A stretch of DNA of 64,000 nt, taken from Balanoglossus misakiensis. Its lineage: Eukaryota; Animalia; Hemichordata. Below are positions 26,001 through 39,568 of the stretch, in pieces. Position 1 is the first letter of the stretch, and every line of letters starts with the position of its first letter. The stretch spans positions 1,106,783 to 1,170,782 of the forward strand of contig CM082580.2 of the NCBI GenBank assembly GCA_040954595.2, written 5' to 3'. The notes under the pieces were generated by a model that saw only the letters and a list, made by a program, of their open reading frames with translations, had not been told where the DNA came from and searched no databases. Both the position numbers and the translations under genes were made by a program.

Positions 26001-29000
26001 CCACTATAGACTCTGTAGATCGAGAGATAGTTCTAAAATTTCCATGGTTGCTTTTAAACAGCCTCGTTTATTTACCGATTTCTGTTGTGTGGCGCAGAAC
26101 ACATAGATAGGCCTATGCGCATAAAAAACTTTTCAACTTTAGATCAACGGATAGTTCAAAAATTTCCATGGTTGTTTCCAAACAGCCTCGTTTATTTACC
26201 GAATTCTGTTGTGATGCGTAGAACACATACATATGCCTATGCGCATAAGAAAGTTTTCCACTAGACTCCGTAGATCGACGAATAGTTCTAAAATGTCCAT
26301 GGTTGCTTCCAAACAGCCTCGTTTATTGACGGAATTCTGTTTTGAGGCGCAGAACACATAGATAGGCATATGTGCATAAGAAAGTTTTCCACTATAGACT
26401 CTGTACATCGAGAGATAGTTATAAAATGTCCATGGTTGCTTCCAAACACAGCCTCGTTTGTTTACAAAATTCTGTTGTGATGCGCAGAACACATATATAG
26501 GCCTATGCGCATGAGACATTTTTCCACTAGACTCTGTAGATCGACGGATAGCTGTAAAATTTCCCTGGTTGCTTCCAAACAGCCTCGTTTATTTACCGAT
26601 TTCTGTTGTGAGGCGCAGAACACATGATAGGCCTATGCGCATGAGACATTTTTCCACTAGACTCTGTAGATCGACGGATAGTTGTAAAATTTCCATGGTT
26701 GCTTCCAAACAGCCTCGTTTATTTACCGAATTCTGTTGTGAGGCGCAGAACACGTAATAGGTCTATGCGCATAAGGAAGTTTTCCACCAGACTCTGTAGA
26801 TCGACGGATAGTTGTAAAATTTCATGGTTGCTTCCAAATACAGCCTCGGTTATTTACCGATTTCTGTTGTGAAGCGCATAACACATAGATAGGCCTATGC
26901 GCATAAGAACGTTTTCCACTAGACTCTTTAGATCGACGGATAGTTGTACAATTTCCATGGTTGCTTCCAAACAGCCTCGTTTATTTACCGATTTCTGTTG
27001 TGAGGCGCAGAACACATGATAGGCCTATGCGCATAAGAAAGTTTTCCACCAGACTCTGTAGATCGACGGATAGTTGTAAAATTTCCATGGTTGCTTCCAA
27101 ACAGCCTCGTTTATTTACCGATTTCTGTTGTGATGCGCAGAACACATAGATAGGCATATGTGCATAATAAAGTTTTCCACTAGACTCTGTAGATCGAGAG
27201 ATAGTTCTAAAATTTCCATGGTTGCTTCCAAACACAGCCTCGTTTGTTTACAAAATTCTGTTGTGATGCGCAGAACACATATATAGGCCTATGCGCATAA
27301 TAACGTTTTCCACTAGACTCTGTAGATCGACGGATAGTTGTAAAATTTCCATGGTTGCTTCCAAACAGCCTCGTTTATTTACCGAATTCTGTTGTGAGGC
27401 GCAGAACACATAGATAGGCATATGTGCATAAGAAAGTTTTCCACTATAGACTCTGTAGATCGAGAGATAGTTCTAAAATGTCCATGGTTGCTTCCAAACA
27501 CAGCCTCCTTTGTTTACAAAATTCTGTTGTGATGCGCAGAACACATATATAGGCCTATGCGCATAATAACGTTTTCCACTAGACTCTGTAGATCGACGGA
27601 TAGCTGTAAAATTTCCATGGTTGCTTCCAAACAGCCTCGTTTATTTACCGAATTCTGTTGTGAGGCGCAGAACACATAGATAGGCATATGTGCATAAGAA
27701 AGTTTTCCACTACAGACTCTGTAGATCGAGAGATAGTTCTAAAATGTCCATGGTTGCTTCCAAACACAGCCTCGTTTATTTACCGATTTCTGTTGTGATG
27801 CGCATAACACATAGATAGGCCTATGCGCATAAGAACGTTTTCCACTAGACTCTGTAGATCGACGGATAGCTGTAAAATTTCCATGGTTGCTTCCAAACAG
27901 CCTCGTTTATTTACCGATTTCTGTTGTGAGGCGCAGAACACATGATAGGCCTATGCGCATAAGAAAGTTTTCCACCAGACTCTGTAGATCGACGGATAGT
28001 TGTAAAATTTCCATGGTTGCTTCCAAACAGCCTCGTTTATTTACCGATTTCTGTTGTGATGCGCAGAACACATAGATAGGCATATGTGCATAATAAATTT
28101 TCCACTAGACTCTGTAGATCGAGAGATAGTTCTAAAATTTCCATGGTTGCTTCCAAACACAGCCTCGTTTGTTTACAAAATTCTGTTGTGATGCGCAGAA
28201 CACATATATAGGCCTATGCGCATAATAACGTTTTCCACTAGACTCTGTAGATCGACGGATAGTTGTAAAATTTCCATGGTTGCTTCCAAACAGCCTCGTT
28301 TATTTACCGCATTCTGTTGTGAGGCGCAGAACACATAGATAGGCATATGTGCATAAGAAAGTTTTCCACTATAGACTCTGTAGATCGAGAGATAGTTCTA
28401 AAATGTCCATGGTTGCTACCAAACACAGCCTCGTTTGTTTACAAAATTCTGTTGTGATGCGCAGAACACATATATAGGCCTATGCGCATAAGAACGTTTC
28501 CACTAGACTCTGTAGATCGACGGATAGCTGTAAAATTTCCATGGTTGCTTCCAAACAGCCTCGTTTATTTACCGATTTCTGTTGTGAGGCGCAGAACACA
28601 TGATAGGCCTATGCGCATGAGACATTTTTCCACTAGACTCTGTAGATCGACGGATAGCTGTAAAATTTCCATGGTTGCCTCCAAACAGCCTCGTTTATTT
28701 ACCGATTTCTGTTGTGAGGCGCAGAACACATGATAGGCCTATGCGCATGAGACATTTTTCCACTAGACTCTGTAGATCGACGGATAGTTGTAAAATTTCC
28801 CTGGTTGCTTCCAAACAGCCTCGTTTATTTACCGATTTCTGTTGTGAGGCGCAGAACACATGATAGGCCTATGCGCATGAGACATTTTTCCACTAGACTC
28901 TGTAGATCGACGGATAGTTGTAAAATTTCCATGGTTGCTTCCAAACAGCCTCGTTTATTTACCGAATTCTGTTGTGAGGCGCAGAACACGTAATAGGTCT

Positions 29001-32000
29001 ATGCGCATAAGGAAGTTTTCCACCAGACTCTGTAGATCGACGGATAGTTGTAAAATTTCATGGTTGCTTCCAAATACAGCCTCGGTTATTTACCGATTTC
29101 TGTTGTGAAGCGCATAACACATAGATAGGCCTATGCGCATAAGAACGTTTTCCACTAGACTCTTTAGATCGACGGATAGTTGTACAATTTCCATGGTTGC
29201 TTCCAAACAGCCTCGTTTATTTACCGATTTCTGTTGTGAGGCGCAGAACACATGATAGGCCTATGCGCATAAGAAAGTTTTCCACCAGACTCTGTAGATC
29301 GACGGATAGTTGTAAAATTTCCATGGTTGCTTCCAAACAGCCTCGTTTATTTACCGATTTCTGTTGTGATGCGCAGAACACATAGATAGGCATATGTGCA
29401 TAATAAAGTTTTCCACTAGACTCTGTAGATCGAGAGATAGTTCTAAAATTTCCATGGTTGCTTCCAAACACAGCCTCGTTTGTTTACAAAATTCTGTTGT
29501 GATGCGCAGAACACATATATAGGCCTATGCGCATAATAACGTTTTCCACTAGACTCTGTAGATCGACGGATAGTTGTAAAATTTCCATGGTTGCTTCCAA
29601 ACAGCCTCGTTTATTTACCGAATTCTGTTGTGAGGCGCAGAACACATAGATAGGCATATGTGCATAAGAAAGTTTTCCACTATAGACTCTGTAGATCGAG
29701 AGATAGTTCTAAAATGTCCATGGTTGCTTCCAAACACAGCCTCCTTTGTTTACAAAATTCTGTTGTGATGCGCAGAACACATATATAGGCCTATGCGCAT
29801 AATAACGTTTTCCACTAGACTCTGTAGATCGACGGATAGCTGTAAAATTTCCATGGTTGCTTCCAAACAGCCTCGTTTATTTACCGAATTCTGTTGTGAG
29901 GCGCAGAACACATAGATAGGCATATGTGCATAAGAAAGTTTTCCACTACAGACTCTGTAGATCGAGAGATAGTTCTAAAATGTCCATGGTTGCTTCCAAA
30001 CACAGCCTCGTTTATTTACCGATTTCTGTTGTGATGCGCATAACACATAGATAGGCCTATGCGCATAAGAACGTTTTCCACTAGACTCTGTAGATCGACG
30101 GATAGCTGTAAAATTTCCATGGTTGCTTCCAAACAGCCTCGTTTATTTACCGATTTCTGTTGTGAGGCGCAGAACACATGATAGGCCTATGCGCATAAGA
30201 AAGTTTTCCACCAGACTCTGTAGATCGACGGATAGTTGTAAAATTTCCATGGTTGCTTCCAAACAGCCTCGTTTATTTACCGATTTCTGTTGTGATGCGC
30301 AGAACACATAGATAGGCATATGTGCATAATAAATTTTCCACTAGACTCTGTAGATCGAGAGATAGTTCTAAAATTTCCATGGTTGCTTCCAAACACAGCC
30401 TCGTTTGTTTACAAAATTCTGTTGTGATGCGCAGAACACATATATAGGCCTATGCGCATAATAACGTTTTCCACTAGACTCTGTAGATCGACGGATAGTT
30501 GTAAAATTTCCATGGTTGCTTCCAAACAGCCTCGTTTATTTACCGCATTCTGTTGTGAGGCGCAGAACACATAGATAGGCATATGTGCATAAGAAAGTTT
30601 TCCACTATAGACTCTGTAGATCGAGAGATAGTTCTAAAATGTCCATGGTTGCTACCAAACACAGCCTCGTTTGTTTACAAAATTCTGTTGTGATGCGCAG
30701 AACACATATATAGGCCTATGCGCATAAGAACGTTTCCACTAGACTCTGTAGATCGACGGATAGCTGTAAAATTTCCATGGTTGCTTCCAAACAGCCTCGT
30801 TTATTTACCGATTTCTGTTGTGAGGCGCAGAACACATGATAGGCCTATGCGCATGAGACATTTTTCCACTAGACTCTGTAGATCGACGGATAGCTGTAAA
30901 ATTTCCATGGTTGCCTCCAAACAGCCTCGTTTATTTACCGATTTCTGTTGTGAGGCGCAGAACACATGATAGGCCTATGCGCATGAGACATTTTTCCACT
31001 AGACTCTGTAGATCGACGGATAGTTGTAAAATTTCATGGTTGCTTCCAAATACAGCCTCGTTTATTTACCGATTTCTGTTGTGATGCGCATAACACATTG
31101 ATAGGCCTATGCGCATAAGAACGTTTCCACTAGACTTTGTAGATCGACGGATAGTTCTACAATGTCCATGGTTGCTTCCAAACAGCCTCGTTTATTTACC
31201 GAATTCTGTTGTGAGGCGCAGAACACGTAATAGGTCTATGCGCATAAGGAAGTTTTCCACCAGACTCTGTAGATCGACGGATAGTTGTAAAATTTCATGG
31301 TTGCTTCCAAATACAGCCTCGTTTATTTACCGATTTCTGTTGTGATGCGCATAACACATAGATAGGCCTATGCGCATAAGAACGTTTTCCACTAGACTCT
31401 TTAGATCGACGGATAGTTGTACAATTTCCATGGTTGCTTCCAAACAGCCTCGTTTATTTACCGATTTCTGTTGTGAGGCGCAGAACACATGATAGGCCTA
31501 TGCGCATAAGACATTTTTCCACTAGACTCTGTAGATCGACGGATAGTTCTAAAATTTCCATGGTTGCTTCCAAACAGCCTCGTTTATTTACCGAATTCTG
31601 TTGTGAGGCGCAGAGCACGTAATAGGCCTATGCGCACAAGAAAGTTTTCCACCAGACTCTGTAGATCGACGGATAGTTGTAAAATTTCCATGGTTGCTTC
31701 CAAACAGCCTCGTTTATTTACCGATTTCTGTTGTGATGCGCAGAACACATAGATAGGCATATGTGCATAATAAAGTTTTCCACTAGACTCTGTAGATCGA
31801 GAGATAGTTCTAAAATTTCCATGGTTGCTTCCAAACACAGCCTCGTTTGTTTACAAAATTCTGTTGTGATGCGCAGAACACATATATAGGCCTATGCGCA
31901 TGAGACATTTTTCCACTAGACTCTGTAGATCGACGGATAGCTGTAAAATTTCCCTGGTTGCTTCCAAACAGCCTCGTTTATTTACCGATTTCTGTTGTGA

Positions 32001-35000
32001 GGCGCAGAACACATGATAGGCCTATGCGCATGAGACATTTTTCCACTAGACTCTGTAGATCGACGGATAGTTGTAAAATTTCCATGGTTGCTTCCAAACA
32101 GCCTCGTTTATTTACCGAATTCTGTTGTGAGGCGCAGAACACGTAATAGGTCTATGCGCATAAGGAAGTTTTCCACCAGACTCTGTAGATCGACGGATAG
32201 TTGTAAAATTTCATGGTTGCTTCCAAATACAGCCTCGGTTATTTACCGATTTCTGTTGTGAAGCGCATAACACATAGATAGGCCTATGCGCATAAGAACG
32301 TTTTCCACTAGACTCTTTAGATCGACGGATAGTTGTACAATTTCCATGGTTGCTTCCAAACAGCCTCGTTTATTTACCGATTTCTGTTGTGAGGCGCAGA
32401 ACACATGATAGGCCTATGCGCATAAGAAAGTTTTCCACCAGACTCTGTAGATCGACGGATAGTTGTAAAATTTCCATGGTTGCTTCCAAACAGCCTCGTT
32501 TATTTACCGATTTCTGTTGTGATGCGCAGAACACATAGATAGGCATATGTGCATAATAAAGTTTTCCACTAGACTCTGTAGATCGAGAGATAGTTCTAAA
32601 ATTTCCATGGTTGCTTCCAAACACAGCCTCGTTTGTTTACAAAATTCTGTTGTGATGCGCAGAACACATATATAGGCCTATGCGCATAATAACGTTTTCC
32701 ACTAGACTCTGTAGATCGACGGATAGTTGTAAAATTTCCATGGTTGCTTCCAAACAGCCTCGTTTATTTACCGAATTCTGTTGTGAGGCGCAGAACACAT
32801 AGATAGGCATATGTGCATAAGAAAGTTTTCCACTATAGACTCTGTAGATCGAGAGATAGTTCTAAAATGTCCATGGTTGCTTCCAAACACAGCCTCCTTT
32901 GTTTACAAAATTCTGTTGTGATGCGCAGAACACATATATAGGCCTATGCGCATAATAACGTTTTCCACTAGACTCTGTAGATCGACGGATAGCTGTAAAA
33001 TTTCCATGGTTGCTTCCAAACAGCCTCGTTTATTTACCGAATTCTGTTGTGAGGCGCAGAACACATAGATAGGCATATGTGCATAAGAAAGTTTTCCACT
33101 ACAGACTCTGTAGATCGAGAGATAGTTCTAAAATGTCCATGGTTGCTTCCAAACACAGCCTCGTTTATTTACCGATTTCTGTTGTGATGCGCATAACACA
33201 TAGATAGGCCTATGCGCATAAGAACGTTTTCCACTAGACTCTGTAGATCGACGGATAGCTGTAAAATTTCCATGGTTGCTTCCAAACAGCCTCGTTTATT
33301 TACCGATTTCTGTTGTGAGGCGCAGAACACATGATAGGCCTATGCGCATAAGAAAGTTTTCCACCAGACTCTGTAGATCGACGGATAGTTGTAAAATTTC
33401 CATGGTTGCTTCCAAACAGCCTCGTTTATTTACCGATTTCTGTTGTGATGCGCAGAACACATAGATAGGCATATGTGCATAATAAATTTTCCACTAGACT
33501 CTGTAGATCGAGAGATAGTTCTAAAATTTCCATGGTTGCTTCCAAACACAGCCTCGTTTGTTTACAAAATTCTGTTGTGATGCGCAGAACACATATATAG
33601 GCCTATGCGCATAATAACGTTTTCCACTAGACTCTGTAGATCGACGGATAGTTGTAAAATTTCCATGGTTGCTTCCAAACAGCCTCGTTTATTTACCGCA
33701 TTCTGTTGTGAGGCGCAGAACACATAGATAGGCATATGTGCATAAGAAAGTTTTCCACTATAGACTCTGTAGATCGAGAGATAGTTCTAAAATGTCCATG
33801 GTTGCTACCAAACACAGCCTCGTTTGTTTACAAAATTCTGTTGTGATGCGCAGAACACATATATAGGCCTATGCGCATAAGAACGTTTCCACTAGACTCT
33901 GTAGATCGACGGATAGCTGTAAAATTTCCATGGTTGCCTCCAAACAGCCTCGTTTATTTACCGATTTCTGTTGTGAGGCGCAGAACACATGATAGGCCTA
34001 TGCGCATGAGACATTTTTCCACTAGACTCTGTAGATCGACGGATAGTTGTAAAATTTCATGGTTGCTTCCAAATACAGCCTCGTTTATTTACCGATTTCT
34101 GTTGTGATGCGCATAACACATTGATAGGCCTATGCGCATAAGAACGTTTCCACTAGACTTTGTAGATCGACGGATAGTTCTACAATGTCCATGGTTGCTT
34201 CCAAACAGCCTCGTTTATTTACCGAATTCTGTTGTGAGGCGCAGAACACGTAATAGGTCTATGCGCATAAGGAAGTTTTCCACCAGACTCTGTAGATCGA
34301 CGGATAGTTGTAAAATTTCATGGTTGCTTCCAAATACAGCCTCGTTTATTTACCGATTTCTGTTGTGATGCGCATAACACATAGATAGGCCTATGCGCAT
34401 AAGAACGTTTTCCACTAGACTCTTTAGATCGACGGATAGTTGTACAATTTCCATGGTTGCTTCCAAACAGCCTCGTTTATTTACCGATTTCTGTTGTGAG
34501 GCGCAGAACACATGATAGGCCTATGCGCATAAGACATTTTTCCACTAGACTCTGTAGATCGACGGATAGTTCTAAAATTTCCATGGTTGCTTCCAAACAG
34601 CCTCGTTTATTTACCGAATTCTGTTGTGAGGCGCAGAGCACGTAATAGGCCTATGCGCACAAGAAAGTTTTCCACCAGACTCTGTAGATCGACGGATAGT
34701 TGTAAAATTTCCATGGTTGCTTCCAAACAGCCTCGTTTATTTACCGATTTCTGTTGTGATGCGCAGAACACATAGATAGGCATATGTGCATAATAAAGTT
34801 TTCCACTAGACTCTGTAGATCGAGAGATAGTTCTAAAATTTCCATGGTTGCTTCCAAACACAGCCTCGTTTGTTTACAAAATTCTGTTGTGATGCGCAGA
34901 ACACATATATAGGCCTATGCGCATAATAACGTTTTCCACTAGACTCTGTAGATCGACGGATAGTTGTAAAATTTCCATGGTTGCTTCCAAACAGCCTCGT

Positions 35001-38000
35001 TTATTTACCGAATTCTGTTGTGAGGCGCAGAACACATAGATAGGCATATGTGCATAAGAAAGTTTTCCACTATAGACTCTGTAGATCGAGAGATAGTTCT
35101 AAAATGTCCATGGTTGCTTCCAAACACAGCCTCGTTTATTTACCGATTTCTGTTGTGATGCGCATAACACATAGATAGGCCTATGCGCATAAGAACGTTT
35201 TCCACTAGACTCTGTAGATCGACGGATAGCTGTAAAATTTCCATGGTTGCTTCCAAACAGCCTCGTTTATTTACCGATTTCTGTTGTGAGGCGCAGAACA
35301 CATGATAGGCCTATGCGCATGAGACATGTTTCCACTAGACTCTGTAGATCGACGGATAGTTGTAAAATTTCATGGTTGCTTCCAAATACAGCCTCGTTTA
35401 TTTACCGATTTCTGTTGTGATGCGCATAACACATTGATAGGCCTATGCGCATAAGAACGTTTCCACTAGACTTTGTAGATCGACGGATAGTTGTACAATG
35501 TCCATGGTTGCTTCCAAACAGCCTCGTTTATTTACCGAATTCTGTTGTGAGGCGCAGAGCACGTAATAGGCCTATGCGCATAAGAAAGTTTTCCACCAGA
35601 CTCTGTAGATCGACGGATAGTTGTAAAATTTCCATGGTTGCTTCCAAACAGCCTCGTTTATTTACCGATTTCTGTTGTGATGCGCAGAACACATAGATAG
35701 GCATATGTGCATAATAAAGTTTTCCACTAGACTCTGTAGATCGAGAGATAGTTCTAAAATTTCCATGGTTGCTTCCAAACACAGCCTCGTTTGTTTACAA
35801 AATTCTGTTGTGATGCGCAGAACACATATATAGGCCTATGCGCATAATAACGTTTTCCACTAGACTCTGTAGATCGACGGATAGTTGTAAAATTTCCATG
35901 GTTGCTTCCAAATAGCCTCGTTTATTTACCGAATTCTGTTGTGAGGCGCAGAACACATAGATAGGCATATGTGCATAATAAAGTTTTCCACTATAGACTC
36001 TGTAGATCGAGAGATAGTTCTAAAATGTCCATGGTTGCTTCCAAACACAGCCTCGTTTGTTTACAAAATTCTGTTGTGATGCGCAGAACACATATATAGG
36101 CCTATGCGCATAAGAACGTTTCCACTAGACTCTGTAGATCGACGGATAGCTGTAAAATTTCCATGGTTGCTTCCAAACAGCCTCGTTTATTTACCGAATT
36201 CTGTTGTGAGGCGCAGAACACATAGATAGGCATATGTGCATAAGAAAGTTTTCCACTACAGACTCTGTAGATCGAGAGATAGTTCTAAAATGTCCATGGT
36301 TGCTTCCAAACACAGCCTCGTTTATTTACCGATTTCTGTTGTGATGCGCATAACACATAGATAGGCCTATGCGCATAAGAACGTTTTCCACTAGACTCTG
36401 TAGATCGACGGATAGTTGTACAATTTCCATGGTTGCTTCCAAACAGCATCGTTTATTTACCGAATTCTGTTGTGAGGCGCAGAACACGTAATAGGTCTAT
36501 GCGCATAAGGAAGTTTTCCACCAGACTCTGTAGATCGACGGATAGTTGTACAATTTCCATGGTTGCTTCCAAACAGCCTCGTTTATTTACCGATTTCTGT
36601 TGTGAGGCGCAGAACACATGATAGGCCTATGCGCATAAGACATTTTTCCACTAGACTCTGTAGATCGACGGATAGTTCTAAAATTTCCATGGTTGCTTCC
36701 AAACAGCCTCGTTTATTTACCGAATTCTGTTGTGAGGCGCAGAGCACGTAATAGGCCTATGCGCATAAGAAAGTTTTCCACCAGACTCTGTAGATCGACG
36801 GATAGTTGTAAAATTTCATGGTTGCTTCCAAATACAGCCTCGTTTATTTACCGATTTCTGTTGTGATGCGCATAACACATAGATAGGCCTATGCGCATAA
36901 GAACGTTTTCCACTAGACTCTTTAGATCGACGGATAGTTGTACAATTTCCATGGTTGCTTCCAAACAGCCTCGTTTATTTACCGATTTCTGTTGTGAGGC
37001 GCAGAACACATGATAGGCCTATGCGCATAAGACATTTTTCCACTAGACTCTGTAGATCGACGGATAGTTCTAAAATTTCCATGGTTGCTTCCAAACAGCC
37101 TCGTTTATTTACCGAATTCTGTTGTGAGGCGCAGAGCACGTAATAGGCCTATGCGCATAAGAAAGTTTTCCACCAGACTCTGTAGATCGACGGATAGTTG
37201 TAAAATTTCCATGGTTGCTTCCAAACAGCCTCGTTTATTTACCGATTTCTGTTGTGATGCGCAGAACACATAGATAGGCATATGTGCATAATAAAGTTTT
37301 CCACTAGACTCTGTAGATCGAGAGATAGTTCTAAAATTTCCATGGTTGCTTCCAAACACAGCCTCGTTTGTTTACAAAATTCTGTTGTGATGCGCAGAAC
37401 ACATATATAGGCCTATGCGCATAATAACGTTTTCCACTAGACTCTGTAGATCGACGGATAGTTGTAAAATTTCCATGGTTGCTTCCAAACAGCCTCGTTT
37501 ATTTACCGAATTCTGTTGTGAGGCGCAGAACACATAGATAGGCATATGTGCATAAGAAAGTTTTCCACTATAGACTCTGTAGATCGAGAGATAGTTCTAA
37601 AATGTCCATGGTTGCTTCCAAACACAGCCTCGTTTGTTTACAAAATTCTGTTGTGATGCGCAGAACACATATATAGGCCTATGCGCATAATAACGTTTTC
37701 CACTAGACTCTGTAGATCGACGGATAGCTGTAAAATTTCCATGGTTGCTTCCAAACAGCCTCGTTTATTTACCGAATTCTGTTGTGAGGCGCAGAACACA
37801 TAAATAGGCATATGTGCATAAGAAAGTTTTCCACTACAGACTCTGTAGATCGAGAGATAGTTCTAAAATGTCCATGGTTGCTTCCAAACACAGCCTCGTT
37901 TATTTACCGATTTCTGTTGTGATGCGCATAACACATAGATAGGCCTATGCGCATAAGAACGTTTTCCACTAGACTCTGTAGATCGACGGATAGCTGTAAA

Positions 38001-39568
38001 ATTTCCATGGTTGCTTCCAAACAGCCTCGTTTATTTACCGATTTCTGTTGTGAGGCGCAGAACACATGATAGGCCTATGCGCATGAGACATGTTTCCACT
38101 AGACTCTGTAGATCGACGGATAGTTGTAAAATTTCATGGTTGCTTCCAAATACAGCCTCGTTTATTTACCGATTTCTGTTGTGATGCGCATAACACATTG
38201 ATAGGCCTATGCGCATAAGAACGTTTCCACTAGACTTTGTAGATCGACGGATAGTTGTACAATGTCCATGGTTGCTTCCAAACAGCCTCGTTTATTTACC
38301 GAATTCTGTTGTGAGGCGCAGAGCACGTAATAGGCCTATGCGCATAAGAAAGTTTTCCACCAGACTCTGTAGATCGACGGATAGTTGTAAAATTTCCATG
38401 GTTGCTTCCAAACAGCCTCGTTTATTTACCGATTTCTGTTGTGATGCGCAGAACACATAGATAGGCATATGTGCATAATAAAGTTTTCCACTAGACTCTG
38501 TAGATCGAGAGATATTTCTAAAATTTCCATGGTTGCTTCCAAACACAGCCTCGTTTGTGTACAAAATTCTGTTGTGATGCGCAGAACACATATATAGGCC
38601 TATGCGCATAATAACGTTTTCCACTAGACTCTGTAGATCGACGGATAGTTGTAAAATTTCCATGGTTGCTTCCAAATAGCCTCGTTTATTTACCGAATTC
38701 TGTTGTGAGGCGCAGAACACATAGATAGGCCTATGCGCATAAGAACGTTTTCCACTAGACTCTGTAGATCGACGGATAGTTGTACAATTTCCATGGTTGC
38801 TTCCAAACAGCCTCGTTTATTTACCGATTTCTGTTGTGAGGCGCAGAACACATGACAGGCCTATGCGCATAAGACATTTTTCCACTAGACTCTGTAGATC
38901 GACGGATAGTTCTAAAATTTCCATGGTTGCTTCCAAACAGCCTCGTTTATTTACCGAATTCTGTTGTGAGGCACAGAACACATAGATAGGCCTATGTGCA
39001 TAAGAAAGTTTTCCACTATAGACTCTGTAGATCGAGAGATAGTTCTAAAATGTCCATGGTTGCTTCCAAACACAGCCTCGTTTGTTTACAAAATTCTGTT
39101 GTGATGCGCAGAACACATATATAGGCCTATGCGCATAATAACGTTTTCCACTAGACTCTGTAGATCGACGGATAGTTGTAAAATTTCCATGGTTGCTTCC
39201 AAACAGCCTCGTTTATTTACCGAATTCTGTTGTGAGGCGCAGAACACATAGATAGGCATATGTGCATAAGAAAGTTTTCCACTATAGACTCTGTAGATCG
39301 AGAGATAGTTCTAAAATGTCCATGGTTGCTACCAAACACAGCCTCGTTTGTTTACAACATTCTGTTGTGATGCGCAGAACACATATATAGGCCTATGCGC
39401 ATAAGAACGTTTCCACTAGACTCTGTAGATCGACGGATAGCTGTAAAATTTCTATGGTTGCTTCCAAACAGCCTCGTTTATTTACCGATTTCTGTTGTGA
39501 GGCGCAGAACACATGATAGGCCTATGCGCATGAGACATTTTTCCACTAGACTCTGTAGATCGACGGAT
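5060..39568. repeat. Satellite A: head-to-tail tandem array of ~131 bp monomers (mostly 130-135 bp), about 260 copies
   Basis: Consensus GCGCAGAACACATAGATAGGCCTATGCGCATAAGAACGTTTTCCACTAGACTCTGTAGATCGACGGATAGTTCTAAAATTTCCATGGTTGCTTCCAAACAGCCTCGTTTATTTACCGAATTCTGTTGTGAG. The first two monomers start at 5061 and 5192. Single orientation, no foreign insertion seen. Confidence 0.98.
5131..10230. repeat. Higher-order repeat domain in satellite A: 1435 bp 11-mer plus a 785 bp 6-mer derivative (2220 bp super-period)
   Basis: Marker GACCTTTTAG recurs near 5373, 6808, 7593 and 9028 (steps 1435, 785, 1435). Identical artefact ORFs are offset by 2220 (6088/8308, 6324/8544). Confidence 0.9.
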
